A DNA stretch of 28,483 nt from Planctomycetota bacterium (GTDB taxonomy: Bacteria > Planctomycetota > Brocadiia > Brocadiales > Brocadiaceae), in NCBI GenBank assembly GCA_018968795.1, contig JAGWZR010000002.1, positions 1-28,483 on the forward strand. Direction: 5' to 3'. This document shows positions 1 through 8,253 of this stretch, piece after piece. The notes beneath the pieces were generated by a model. The model saw only the letters and a program-made list of their open reading frames with translations, was not told the origin of the DNA and did no database searches. Made by a program: the position numbers and the translations under genes. Each line of letters starts with the position of its first letter. Positions within the stretch are counted from its first letter, which is position 1.

Positions 1-160
1 CCAGATAATCACGGGAGAAATAATATGGCAGCCAGTTAAAAAGAATTATCGCGAATCCTATTCCTAGAATAATCAAATAAAATTTGTAGCTTCTTTTAAC
101 ATCCGAGAAGAAAAATCTTCTTTTCTTCTTTTTGTGATGTCCTGACTGACCTGTTATCAT
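1..160 (-). CDS. 5' end of a hypothetical membrane protein (partial, runs off the left edge)
   Basis: Not in the ORF track (<60 aa). A minus-strand ATG at 158-160 opens a frame with no stop down to position 2: MITGQSGHHKKKKRRFFFSDVKRSYKFYLIILGIGFAIILFNWLPYYFSRDYL. A basic stretch is followed by a hydrophobic helix-like segment. AAGGA lies about 10 nt upstream. No family recognised. Confidence 0.3.
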   Translation of the reverse strand, partial: MITGQSGHHKKKKRRFFFSDVKRSYKFYLIILGIGFAIILFNWLPYYFSRDYL

Positions 161-195
161 GTGACCCTAATCCTTTTCCATTTGTGATACGTTTG

Positions 196-470
196 GTAGC
201 CACACCCTTTATGGGTGCGCAGGCTAAAGCCTGCGATTACCGAAGACAACATTCCTGCTGTTTCTGGGTTCCGCTTGCTGCACGATGGCTATGGTATCTT
301 TTCCCCCGCCTCGGTATTTGCGTAGTAATGAGTACTATAGAAAACCCTGAGACGAAACTGCTTATAGTAAAGGTCATAAATAAGTTGATATGTAGATGTC
401 ATTGCGAGCGGAGTGATTACAACCTCCTAAATCCACCTTTAACAAAGGGGCTGAGGGGGATTTGTCTACT
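196..470. repeat. Cluster of short hairpin repeats (non-coding)
   Basis: Hairpin cgcaggc-taaa-gcctgcg at 218-235 inside ggtagc...gattacc. GTCATTGCGAGCGGAG core at 398-413. Nested hairpin aaatccacctttaacaaaggggctgagggggattt at about 430-465. The same families recur at 1511-1646 and 20828-21274. Confidence 0.6.
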
Positions 471-558
471 TATCGTTGCTGACTATGATTTATTTATGGA
501 ATTTGGCTTTAATCTATCATAAATGTTGGAAGAATCAATGTCCTTCAGCGAATATCCG

Positions 559-1101
559 TTATTTTCCCATCATTGCTTTATATTGTTCTTTATATTGATC
601 TTTATATTTTTTTAGTTGGTCTAATTGTTCTTTAGATATGGACGCACGTTCTTCTGGTATTTGTTCTCCCCCACGCTCTCCCTCCCATCCGCCCGACTGT
701 CTCATGGCGCTTCCTTTGAGGTCTCCGGGCTTAATATTTTTACCCAGTTTCAGGAGTTTGTCGGGACTTAGCTGCCCGTCTACCAATCCCCCTGTAGCCC
801 TTTGTATAGTCTTTTCTATGTTTTTTTGTATAATTCCCTGGATAATGTTGGGGAGACTACCGGTGATATAGGTAAATAAAAGAGCCGCAAGAAAGCATAC
901 TCCCATAAGAAACAATGATGTTTGAACTAACTTTTTAAACTTCCTCCAACGGCGATGACTACGATGCCCGTGATGGCCGTGATGACTATGCTCTCCCATA
1001 TTACTGCCATTCCAATCTCTCCTTCTGGGTTCTTCCCCACTTCTCCGATCAGTCCCATCCCAGCTTTTGTTTTCGAGGGCATCTTTCTGAGGATTATCCA
1101 T
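559..1101 (-). CDS. Hypothetical single-pass membrane protein with an N-terminal His-rich tract
   Basis: 180-aa ORF. GGAGG lies 6 nt upstream of the ATG at 1099-1101. Contains HSHHGHHGHRSH (7 His in 12 residues, nt 955-990), then RRWRKFKK and one hydrophobic helix (LVQTSLFLMGVCFLAALLFTYITG). The C-terminus is Lys/Gln-rich. No family recognised. Confidence 0.7.
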   Translation of the reverse strand: MDNPQKDALENKSWDGTDRRSGEEPRRRDWNGSNMGEHSHHGHHGHRSHRRWRKFKKLVQTSLFLMGVCFLAALLFTYITGSLPNIIQGIIQKNIEKTIQRATGGLVDGQLSPDKLLKLGKNIKPGDLKGSAMRQSGGWEGERGGEQIPEERASISKEQLDQLKKYKDQYKEQYKAMMGK

Positions 1102-1510
1102 TTAATACCTCCGTTCTTTTATTGAGGATTAATTTATGCCACAACTTCAAACTGTCTATAATTCCCTATTCTTATCACTAGGATAGCGTATTTGATTCAA
1201 AGTTACAGGTGTTCTTTAAAAATCAGGATAATGGTTTTATTCAATGTGTGGATTAATGGTGGTTTTGACTCAGAGCTCTAAGGCATTACTGTACAGAAAA
1301 GCAGGGATAAAGTACAACAAAATTATTAATAGAAGATGAGTAAATTATATAAAAAATTTTTATGGTTTTGGTGGTCTGTTTGGAGATGATTTTAAAATTC
1401 TCTTCTTGGGGCATGACGACTTTTAAATATACTTAAGCATTTTATTGGGAATTTAGCTCTGGCGATCTGAAGAATACTATACGTTTCATTAAAACATTTA
1501 CAGGTTTATT

Positions 1511-1646
1511 GTCATTGCGAGCGGCAGCGAAGCAATCTGAGGCGCTATCATTGCAAGAGATTGCGGAGCCTGTTCCGAACGAGGTGAGGAATCTTTTCGG
1601 GTTTGCTTCGGCTTCGCCTCGCAACCACTCCGTTCCTCGCAATGAC
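1511..1646. repeat. 136-bp element bounded by inverted GTCATTGCGAG termini (REP/BIME- or MITE-like)
   Basis: gtcattgcgagcgg at 1511-1524 and its inverse ccgttcctcgcaatgac at 1630-1646. The left copy folds as gtc-ATTGC-gagcggcagcgaa-GCAAT-ct. The overlapping track ORFs on both strands are artefacts of the repeat. Confidence 0.7.
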
Positions 1647-1749
1647 ATTTTGCATTGTATACCTTTTCCTGAAACGATATACTAGCTTTTTTACGAGTAT
1701 GCAAATAGTTTATTACAACGATAATTACGAAGAAGGATTCGTGGCGGTA

Positions 1750-1778
1750 TTGACAATCCATTTTGGATGTGTTACCCT
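1750..1778 (+). promoter_or_regulatory. Putative sigma70-type promoter of htpG
   Basis: TTGACA (1750-1755), a 17-nt spacer, then TACCCT (1773-1778). It lies about 55 nt upstream of the htpG start. The -35 is perfect and the -10 keeps TA...T. Confidence 0.4.
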
Positions 1779-1832
1779 CAGTAAATATTTAAAAGATGGT
1801 TTACTCTGTAATTATTAATCAAGGAGTTGTGT

Positions 1833-3743
1833 ATGTCTGAAAAAATGAAGCAGGAAGAAAGTTTTGAGTTTCAAGCGGAGATAAAGAAGTTATTGAACAT
1901 CCTTTCCCACTCCCTTTACACGCACAAGGAGGTCTTCCTCAGGGAACTTATTTCAAACGCATCCGACGCCTTGACCAAGATGAAATTTTACTCCCTTACC
2001 AATACGGATTATGAAGGGAAAGACACCCCCCTCGAGATTAGCATAGATGGCGATGAAAAGGAGAAAACCCTGACGATCAGTGACACAGGCATTGGTATGA
2101 CGAAGGATGAAATCATCCAAAATGTTGGAACGATTGCAAAATCGGGATCGCTCGAGTTTATTACAAATTTATCGGAGCAGGCGAAGAAGGACTCAAATAT
2201 TATTGGCCAGTTTGGTGTGGGTTTCTACTCTGTATTTATGGTGGCTGACGAAGTCAGGATCAGGACGAAATCCCACAAAAAGGGTGAACCTGCTTATGAA
2301 TGGCATTCGGACGGGACGGGGAAATATTTTTTAAACCCGATAGATAAAGAACAACGGGGAACGGAAATTATCGTCCACCTGAAAGACGAGGAAAAGGAAT
2401 ACACCGAAAAGACTAGAATCCAATCCATCATCAAGAAATATTCGAATTTTGTAAGCTTTCCCATTATGGTTTGCGGCGAACGGGCCAACCAGATTACTGC
2501 TATCTGGAAAGAACCCAAAAAGGAAATAAAAGAGGAGCAGTACAACGAGTTTTATAAATTTATCTCAAACACGGAAGATACCCCGCTTTTCCGCCTGCAT
2601 ACCTCTGCTGAGGCGCCAATCCAGTTTTCCAGTATACTGTATTGCCCGTCCACAAATTACGAAACCTACGGCTTCAAAAAATTGGAACATGGAGTTCATC
2701 TCTATTCCAATAAAATCCTGATTCAACCTGACTGTAAAATGCTTTTGCCCGAGTATATGAGGTTTATCCACGGCGTAGTAGACTCTGCCGATATCCCTTT
2801 AAATATTTCACGGGAAACGTTTCAGGACAACAGGATAATCCACAAAATGAAGAGCGTCCTTGTTAAGCAAGTACTAACGCTCTTACAGGACATGGCAAAG
2901 AATGAGAGGGAGAAATATGAAACCTTCTGGAGACAATTCGGAAGGATTCTGAAAGAGGGGGTGCACTTTGATTTTGAAAACCGGGATGCCTTGGCGCAGT
3001 TGATGAGGTTCAATTCCTCCATGTGCAAGAGCCCCGACGAGCTTCTTTCTCTCAAAGAGTACATAGACAGGATGAAACCAGACCAGAAAGAGGTTTATTA
3101 CATAACGGCGGTAAACCGTGAAACGATGGAAAAAAGCCCGTATCTGGAGATATTCAGGAAGAAAGACGTAGAGGTGCTGTATTTAACAGACCCGAATGAC
3201 GAATTTCTCCTTTCCGGACTCCATGAATTTGAAAAGAAACCCATCCGTTCGGCTGACCAGGCAAATCTTGACCTGTTGAAGGACGTTGACAAAAAGATTG
3301 TTGATACTACGGAAGAGCCTCAAAATTATGAGGAGATATTTAAACATCTCATGAAGACGATTAAGGTAACCCTGGCGGACAGGATTATTGACGTGAAAGA
3401 ATCGAACCGTCTGGTTGACAGCCCATGTTGTCTTGTAAACCCCGATGGAGTGCCCAGCGTGCATGTGCAGAAACTCATCCAAATGGTTGACAGCAACTAT
3501 AAGATATCCAAAAAGATCATGGAGATTAACCGGAAACATCGGATGATCCAGAACCTTGCCAGGATGAACGAGAATCCCAGCTATCAGCCCTTAATTGAAA
3601 AGATTATAAACCAGCTCTTCGAAAATGCATTAATGCAGGACGGAGTCGTCTACGACCCCACATCTATGGCGCCCCGGCTGAATGAGCTTCTGGAAGAATT
3701 GACAAAGGCAACGCTTGGGGAGGGGAAGAGGATTATCATTTAA
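1833..3743 (+). CDS. htpG: Molecular chaperone HtpG (Hsp90 family)
   Basis: Hsp90 N-terminal ATPase motifs LRELISNASDALTK and GQFGVGFYS, with typical length. The track ORF starts at TTG 1827. ATG 1833 sits 6 nt after AAGGAG (1821-1826) and is the likelier start. Confidence 0.97.
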   Translation: MSEKMKQEESFEFQAEIKKLLNILSHSLYTHKEVFLRELISNASDALTKMKFYSLTNTDYEGKDTPLEISIDGDEKEKTLTISDTGIGMTKDEIIQNVGTIAKSGSLEFITNLSEQAKKDSNIIGQFGVGFYSVFMVADEVRIRTKSHKKGEPAYEWHSDGTGKYFLNPIDKEQRGTEIIVHLKDEEKEYTEKTRIQSIIKKYSNFVSFPIMVCGERANQITAIWKEPKKEIKEEQYNEFYKFISNTEDTPLFRLHTSAEAPIQFSSILYCPSTNYETYGFKKLEHGVHLYSNKILIQPDCKMLLPEYMRFIHGVVDSADIPLNISRETFQDNRIIHKMKSVLVKQVLTLLQDMAKNEREKYETFWRQFGRILKEGVHFDFENRDALAQLMRFNSSMCKSPDELLSLKEYIDRMKPDQKEVYYITAVNRETMEKSPYLEIFRKKDVEVLYLTDPNDEFLLSGLHEFEKKPIRSADQANLDLLKDVDKKIVDTTEEPQNYEEIFKHLMKTIKVTLADRIIDVKESNRLVDSPCCLVNPDGVPSVHVQKLIQMVDSNYKISKKIMEINRKHRMIQNLARMNENPSYQPLIEKIINQLFENALMQDGVVYDPTSMAPRLNELLEELTKATLGEGKRIII

Positions 3744-3775
3744 AGAATTAAACATTCTTGGTGATAGATAAAAAC

Positions 3776-3810
3776 AAAAAGCCATGAGATTTTCCAATCT
3801 CATGGCTTTT
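3776..3810. terminator. Bidirectional rho-independent terminator (htpG / tRNA operon)
   Basis: Perfect 11-bp stem gccatgagatt (3781-3791) / aatctcatggc (3796-3806) with loop ttcc. Flanked by aaaaa (3776-3780) and tttt (3807-3810), so it has a U-tract on both strands. Confidence 0.75.
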
Positions 3811-3823
3811 CACTGAATAAATA

Positions 3824-3898
3824 TGACCCCATGGGGATTTGAACCCCAGTTCACAGATCGAAAATCTGTTGTCCTAGACCAGGCTAGACGATGGGGCC
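3824..3898 (-). tRNA. tRNA-Glu (anticodon UUC)
   Basis: The reverse complement GGCCCCATCGTCTAGCCTGGTCTAGGACAACAGATTTTCGATCTGTGAACTGGGGTTCAAATCCCCATGGGGTCA folds as a cloverleaf. Acceptor GGCCCCA/TGGGGTC, anticodon stem ACAGA/TCTGT, loop TTTTCGA, T-loop GGTTCAAATCC. CCA is not encoded. Confidence 0.95.
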
Positions 3899-3915
3899 AC
3901 ATAGTAAATTTATGC

Positions 3916-4017
3916 CACGGATATTCACAGAATCGCACTGAGTTAAAAATGCGTTTTATATTCCGATTTACAAATCTGAATTCCTACGTATTTTGCTATC
4001 GTCTGTGATTTTCCGTG
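3916..4017 (-). other. Imperfect inverted repeat in the spacer between the two tRNAs
   Basis: cacggatattcacaga (3916-3931) pairs with tctgtgattttccgtg (4002-4017) at 14 of 16 positions, leaving a 70-nt loop. A related ctctgtggtgaaccg lies at 4021-4035. Confidence 0.35.
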
Positions 4018-4044
4018 TTTCTCTGTGGTGAACCGTTACTAAAA

Positions 4045-4120
4045 TGGTGAGGGCAGATGGACTCGAACCATCGACGCCCGCCTTAAAAGGGCGGTGCTCT
4101 ACCAACTGAGCTATGCCCCC
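4045..4120 (-). tRNA. tRNA-Lys (anticodon UUU), CCA encoded
   Basis: The reverse complement is GGGGGCATAGCTCAGTTGGTAGAGCACCGCCCTTTTAAGGCGGGCGTCGATGGTTCGAGTCCATCTGCCCTCACCA. D-arm GCTC/GAGC, anticodon stem CCGCC/GGCGG, loop CTTTTAA, T-loop GGTTCGAGTCC. Confidence 0.95.
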
Positions 4121-4132
4121 TATTTCACTCCT

Positions 4133-4160
4133 ATTTTATGCATATAAAAATACAGTGCAA
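4133..4160 (-). promoter_or_regulatory. Putative promoter of the tRNA-Lys/tRNA-Glu unit
   Basis: The minus strand reads TTGCAC (4155-4160), a 16-nt spacer, then TAAAAT (4133-4138). The -10 ends 12 nt before the mature 5' end of tRNA-Lys. Confidence 0.4.
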
Positions 4161-4278
4161 CGTAGTCGCAATAAATTCCAAGTTGAAAGTTCAAAGCAAT
4201 AACTTACAAGTCGTATTCATCTCTAAAAAACTTACTCGAAAAAGAAGTTTTTCACAAGATAATACTATCGTGACACTC

Positions 4279-4839
4279 TTACACCTTGAGTATCTCTTCT
4301 GTCTTTTTCTTAACCAAATCGTTTAGCTTACCCTCGTATTCGTGGATAAGCTTTTGTACATCATCCTTTGCGCGTTTGGCATCGTCTTCTGTCAGGAGAC
4401 CCTCTTTCTCTTCCTTGTCCGCATGCTTATTTGCTTCGTGCCTTATATTTCGCAACGATACTTTTGCCGTTTCCCCAAACTCTTTTGCATGTGTGGAAAG
4501 CCTCTTTCGCCGTTCTTCGTTGAGCGGCGGGATTACGATGCGTAAGGCCTTTCCCTCAACTGAAGGGGTTATGCCGATGTCGGACTGTAATATAGCTTTC
4601 TCAATGTTTGAGATTATTGTAGTATCGTACGGTTTGATCATTATCGACTGTGCATCGGGTGTTGAAATAGCTGCCAGTTGTTTTAACGGTGAAAAATCTC
4701 CGTAACATTCTACTTTTATATTTTCCACCAGTCCCGTACTTGCCCTGCCTGTCCTTAAGCCCCTGAGTTCCTCTTGCAGGTGCATAACGACCTTTTCCAT
4801 CCTTGCTCTTGCGTCTTTACAGATAGATTCTTTTGCCAT
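4279..4839 (-). CDS. frr: Ribosome recycling factor
   Basis: 186 aa. RRF-like sequence (LRGLRTGRAS, EERRKRL, SLRNIRHEANK). Canonical position after pyrH, with a 3-nt gap. Confidence 0.97.
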   Translation of the reverse strand: MAKESICKDARARMEKVVMHLQEELRGLRTGRASTGLVENIKVECYGDFSPLKQLAAISTPDAQSIMIKPYDTTIISNIEKAILQSDIGITPSVEGKALRIVIPPLNEERRKRLSTHAKEFGETAKVSLRNIRHEANKHADKEEKEGLLTEDDAKRAKDDVQKLIHEYEGKLNDLVKKKTEEILKV

Positions 4840-4842
4840 AGT

Positions 4843-5571
4843 TCATTGTTCCCCGATATATGTTCCAACAGGTTTTCCCGAAATTATCTTTTCGATATTT
4901 CCACGCTTGTTCATGTTAAAAACAATAATCGGCAATTTATTTTCCATACTCAAGGAAATTGCTGTTAGGTCCATTACTCCTAATTGTTTCCTCAAAACAT
5001 CCATATAGGTCAGTTTTTTGTATAATTTTGCGGATGCATCTTTTTCAGGATCGTCCGTATAGACGCCATCAACTCTTGTTGCCTTTAACAGCACATCTGC
5101 ATTAATTTCAATCGCACGCAGGGCTGCTGCTGTATCGGTTGTAAAATAAGGATTGCCTGTGCCACCCGCAAAGATGACTACATTTTTTTCTTTTAAATAG
5201 TGCAGGCAGTTTCGCAATACAAAGGGTTCTGTAATGTTTTTAATTTCAATGGCGCTGATCACATGGGTATTGACGGTAAATCCTTCTAAAATATCCTGTA
5301 AGAGTAAAGCGTTTACTGCTGTGGCAATCATTCCTACTTGATCTGCCTGTATTCTTGATTTACCGCTACCGCCCAGCTTTGCGCCACGGAGGATATTACC
5401 ACCACCGATAACAATAGCTAGTTCAATTCCTTTTTTGGAAATATTTTTGATTTCTTTGGCTAACTTAATGAACTGTTTTGTATCAACGCCTCGCCCATTT
5501 TCGTCACCAAAACCTTCCCCGCTTAACTTTAACAATACCCGTTTAAATTTAATATTGCCTTTCATGGACAT
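4843..5571 (-). CDS. pyrH: UMP kinase
   Basis: 242 aa. KRVLLKLSGE and VIGGGNILRG motifs of the amino-acid-kinase-fold UMP kinases. Sits in the tsf-pyrH-frr synteny. Confidence 0.97.
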   Translation of the reverse strand: MSMKGNIKFKRVLLKLSGEGFGDENGRGVDTKQFIKLAKEIKNISKKGIELAIVIGGGNILRGAKLGGSGKSRIQADQVGMIATAVNALLLQDILEGFTVNTHVISAIEIKNITEPFVLRNCLHYLKEKNVVIFAGGTGNPYFTTDTAAALRAIEINADVLLKATRVDGVYTDDPEKDASAKLYKKLTYMDVLRKQLGVMDLTAISLSMENKLPIIVFNMNKRGNIEKIISGKPVGTYIGEQ

Positions 5572-5596
5572 GGAGCTAATACGTATTTCGCTTTAG

Positions 5597-6184
5597 CTAA
5601 CATTCGCCAACCTCGAATCGGACAAAACGGTTTACTTTAATATTTTCCCCTATTTTCGCGATATTGACAATGAGTAAATCTTGGATCGCTTTTGTGTTAT
5701 CTTTTATAAAAGGTTGTTCTAAGAGGCATTTTTCTTTGTAAAAATTTTCCATTTTTCCAGCGGTAATTTTTTCAGCGATATTTGCAGGCTTCCCTTTAGC
5801 TTCTTCCATGAATAATTTTTTTTGTTCTTCTATCACGTAACTGGGGATATCCTCTCTTTTGATAGCCATTGGTTTTGTTGCAGCAACTTGCATACAAATA
5901 TCTTTTAATAACTGCTGGAAGACCTCATTTTTCGCCACAAAATCTGTCTCGCAATTAAGTTCCACCATCACACCTAATTTCCCATTTGTGTGAATATATG
6001 TGCCGATCCTGCCTTCAGTGGTCACACGTTGTTCTTTTTTTGCTGCTTTTGCAATCCCCTTCTTTTTGATAATCTCCGCAGCTTTCTCAAAGTCGCCCTT
6101 GACCTCTTCCAAGGCATTTTTGCATTCCAATACTCCAGCGCCTGTTTGCTCTCTTAGCTTCATGATACTTGATGTATCTGCCAT
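5597..6184 (-). CDS. tsf: Elongation factor Ts (short form)
   Basis: N-terminal UBA-like motif KLREQTGAGVLECKNALEE. The track start 6190 directly abuts GGAGG (6191-6195). The ATG at 6184 has a 6-nt spacing and gives MADTSS..., so it is preferred. Confidence 0.95.
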   Translation of the reverse strand: MADTSSIMKLREQTGAGVLECKNALEEVKGDFEKAAEIIKKKGIAKAAKKEQRVTTEGRIGTYIHTNGKLGVMVELNCETDFVAKNEVFQQLLKDICMQVAATKPMAIKREDIPSYVIEEQKKLFMEEAKGKPANIAEKITAGKMENFYKEKCLLEQPFIKDNTKAIQDLLIVNIAKIGENIKVNRFVRFEVGEC

Positions 6185-6390
6185 TAACATCCTCCACGCT
6201 TACAATAATAGTATAAAGTTACCAATGGTTTCTATACAAATTTATCGTATATTCGTATATAAAAATGATTCAAGAAAGGAACATTCTTGTGAAATGTTAT
6301 TTAAAGACAGTAGGCTAGGTTTGTAATTTATTTGGATAAATAAATTTTGTCTTACTACGGAAAAACTTGCTTAACCTTACGTTTTTTTAT

Positions 6391-7092
6391 TCAAACCTTT
6401 GTTGCGACCATAAGTCCTTTTCCAGCTAAAACAGCATCTGCAGTCTTAGTTAAAAAAAGATCGATCGATCGTATCGCATCATCATTCCCTGGAACACAAA
6501 TATCTATCATATCGGGATCGCAATCCGTATCAGCAAGACATACCGTTGGTATTCCTAATTTTTTTGCTTCACTGACGGCGTTGTGCTCGTGTTTTGGGTC
6601 GACTACCACGATAGCTCCTGGGAGTGAACTCATAGTACGAATGCCTTCTAAGTTGGTAAGGATCTTTTTACGTTCTCGGTTAAGAGAGGAAATCGCCTTT
6701 TTGCTGAACTGATTAATGCCCCCAGTTTTTTCTAAGTTTTCTAATTCTTCCAGACGCTCTAATCGTTTCCGAATAGTATCGAAATTTGTTAATGTACCTC
6801 CCAGCCATCGTTCACTTACATAATGCATTCCGCAACGTTTGGATTCACGGACTGTGATATCTCGCGCCTGCCATTTTGTACCTACAAATAGTACATCTTT
6901 TTTCGTCTGTACAAGATTCGTCAAAAATTTACTTGCCACTATAAGACCTTTTACAGTTTCGCGTAAATTAATAATGTGGATTAAATTTCGTTTGCCAAAG
7001 ATAAAGGGTTTCATCTTGGGATTCCATTTGCTTGTTCGATGACCAAAATGAAATCCTGCATCCACCAATTCTTGAATACTCACGATAGACAA
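6391..7092 (-). CDS. rpsB: 30S ribosomal protein S2
   Basis: LVDAGFHFGHRTSKWNPKM signature, 233 aa. TTG start at 7092, with GGAGAGGAG ending 5 nt upstream. Confidence 0.97.
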   Translation of the reverse strand: MSIVSIQELVDAGFHFGHRTSKWNPKMKPFIFGKRNLIHIINLRETVKGLIVASKFLTNLVQTKKDVLFVGTKWQARDITVRESKRCGMHYVSERWLGGTLTNFDTIRKRLERLEELENLEKTGGINQFSKKAISSLNRERKKILTNLEGIRTMSSLPGAIVVVDPKHEHNAVSEAKKLGIPTVCLADTDCDPDMIDICVPGNDDAIRSIDLFLTKTADAVLAGKGLMVATKV

Positions 7093-7151
7093 ATAATCTC
7101 CTCTCCTGTAGAATTAAAATTAAAGCATATAAAGTATTTAGAAACCCTAAA

Positions 7152-7179
7152 ATTATATTAATTGTAAATGAAATGTCAA
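7152..7179 (-). promoter_or_regulatory. Consensus sigma70-type promoter of rpsB-tsf-pyrH-frr
   Basis: The minus strand reads cTTGACA (7174-7179), a 16-nt spacer, then TATAAT (7152-7157). Both hexamers are perfect. It lies about 60 nt upstream of the rpsB start. Confidence 0.6.
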
Positions 7180-7216
7180 GAATATTCTGCGTCTACGGTA
7201 CACCAAAATAAAGAAG

Positions 7217-8146
7217 TTAACCTTTTGATACGGATTTTCTCCTAAATCTCCCTATATTCAAATAGATACCGATATTCGCCGCCTTATCTATATAGGGAGT
7301 GATTTTGCCTTCTGCAGAGGTGAGTAATGTTGTAACACCTGGGCCATGTCCTGCTGTTACGCAATTACTATGTACAATTACCCCGATACTGACCGCTCCA
7401 GTTTTGTATATCCTTCCATACGTGTGATCGGCATCCATAATTGCCACGATGTCTCCAAAACGTAGTGTTTCTAAATGATATTCTTTTACACCTTGTCTGT
7501 CGAAAAGCTGTATGTCGTAATCTCCCCGGTAACAGTGTTGAGACCCTAAGCCTGAACCCATAATGGCTGCGGGGATAGTATGCGTTACTGGGATTTGTAA
7601 GGTGTCTTTTGTTTTGCCTTGTCGGATGGGAAAAACTTTTAAAAGATTTGGAGACATGTTGATTGGTTTAATATGCGGATACCTTGTAAAAGAGAGGCCT
7701 ACTCCAATACCGCGAATAAGTATCTTATCCCCAATAGCAAGGTTTTCTAAAGTTTTATCTTCAAAGTCAACCAGCACGTTTTCAATACCGCCATGTTTTC
7801 CTGTAACAACACCCGTGTTGCCTTTCGCATCGCCAGTTATAACCTTGGCAATGTTTCCAATGCAGGACAGCAAATTTAATGCGCCATTTTCTTCCCTGTC
7901 TTTATTTTTAACGGAGACACATGGCTCAACGTGATCTGCCTCCCACTGAATGGCATTATCGCCTACTTTAACATTATAAGTAATTCCACCCACGCTTGGC
8001 AGTATAGTAGGCTTTCCTTCAGGCGTTACGCAGTAAGGTTGTGAACCGCTAAGAGGGCTAGAGACTTCACCAATGATAGATATTTCTACAAGTTTTTTTT
8101 CGTTCGTTTCAATAATCACTTCCGAAATCCTAAAAAAATTTCTCAT
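7217..8146 (-). CDS. Conserved hypothetical protein (possibly DUF4438-like; function unknown)
   Basis: 309-aa ORF with no signal peptide or TM segment. Repeated Gly/Asp beta-barrel-like motifs (GGITYNVKVGD, ITGDAKGNTGVVTGKHGG, AIGDKILIRGIGVG, RFGDIVAIMDADH). The DUF4438 assignment is from memory of that family's length and motifs and is unverified. No clear RBS. Confidence 0.7.
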   Translation of the reverse strand: MRNFFRISEVIIETNEKKLVEISIIGEVSSPLSGSQPYCVTPEGKPTILPSVGGITYNVKVGDNAIQWEADHVEPCVSVKNKDREENGALNLLSCIGNIAKVITGDAKGNTGVVTGKHGGIENVLVDFEDKTLENLAIGDKILIRGIGVGLSFTRYPHIKPINMSPNLLKVFPIRQGKTKDTLQIPVTHTIPAAIMGSGLGSQHCYRGDYDIQLFDRQGVKEYHLETLRFGDIVAIMDADHTYGRIYKTGAVSIGVIVHSNCVTAGHGPGVTTLLTSAEGKITPYIDKAANIGIYLNIGRFRRKSVSKG

Positions 8147-8253
8147 TAATGTTTATTTGAGAATAGTTTAGCATAGTGAAACATTTATTGGCAATAAAAA
8201 AGGATATGACTCGGCGATACCTTACCTAGCAAGGTAAAGGGCTGTTAAAAATT

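Noticed and set aside
184-522. 112-aa + strand ORF from the track
   Set aside because: It lies entirely in repeat DNA (hairpin elements at 218-235, 398-413 and about 430-465). It has no RBS, and its peptide composition is typical of translated palindromic repeats.
1442-1818. Three overlapping ORFs (68, 87 and 71 aa) on both strands upstream of htpG
   Set aside because: They mutually overlap and are generated by the GTCATTGCGAG inverted-repeat element. They yield peptides such as ...CHCEERS... and ...SLPLAMT..., which are repeat translations, not genes.
3823-4008. 61-aa + strand ORF
   Set aside because: It is antisense to and overlaps tRNA-Glu (3824-3898). The cloverleaf explains the sequence.
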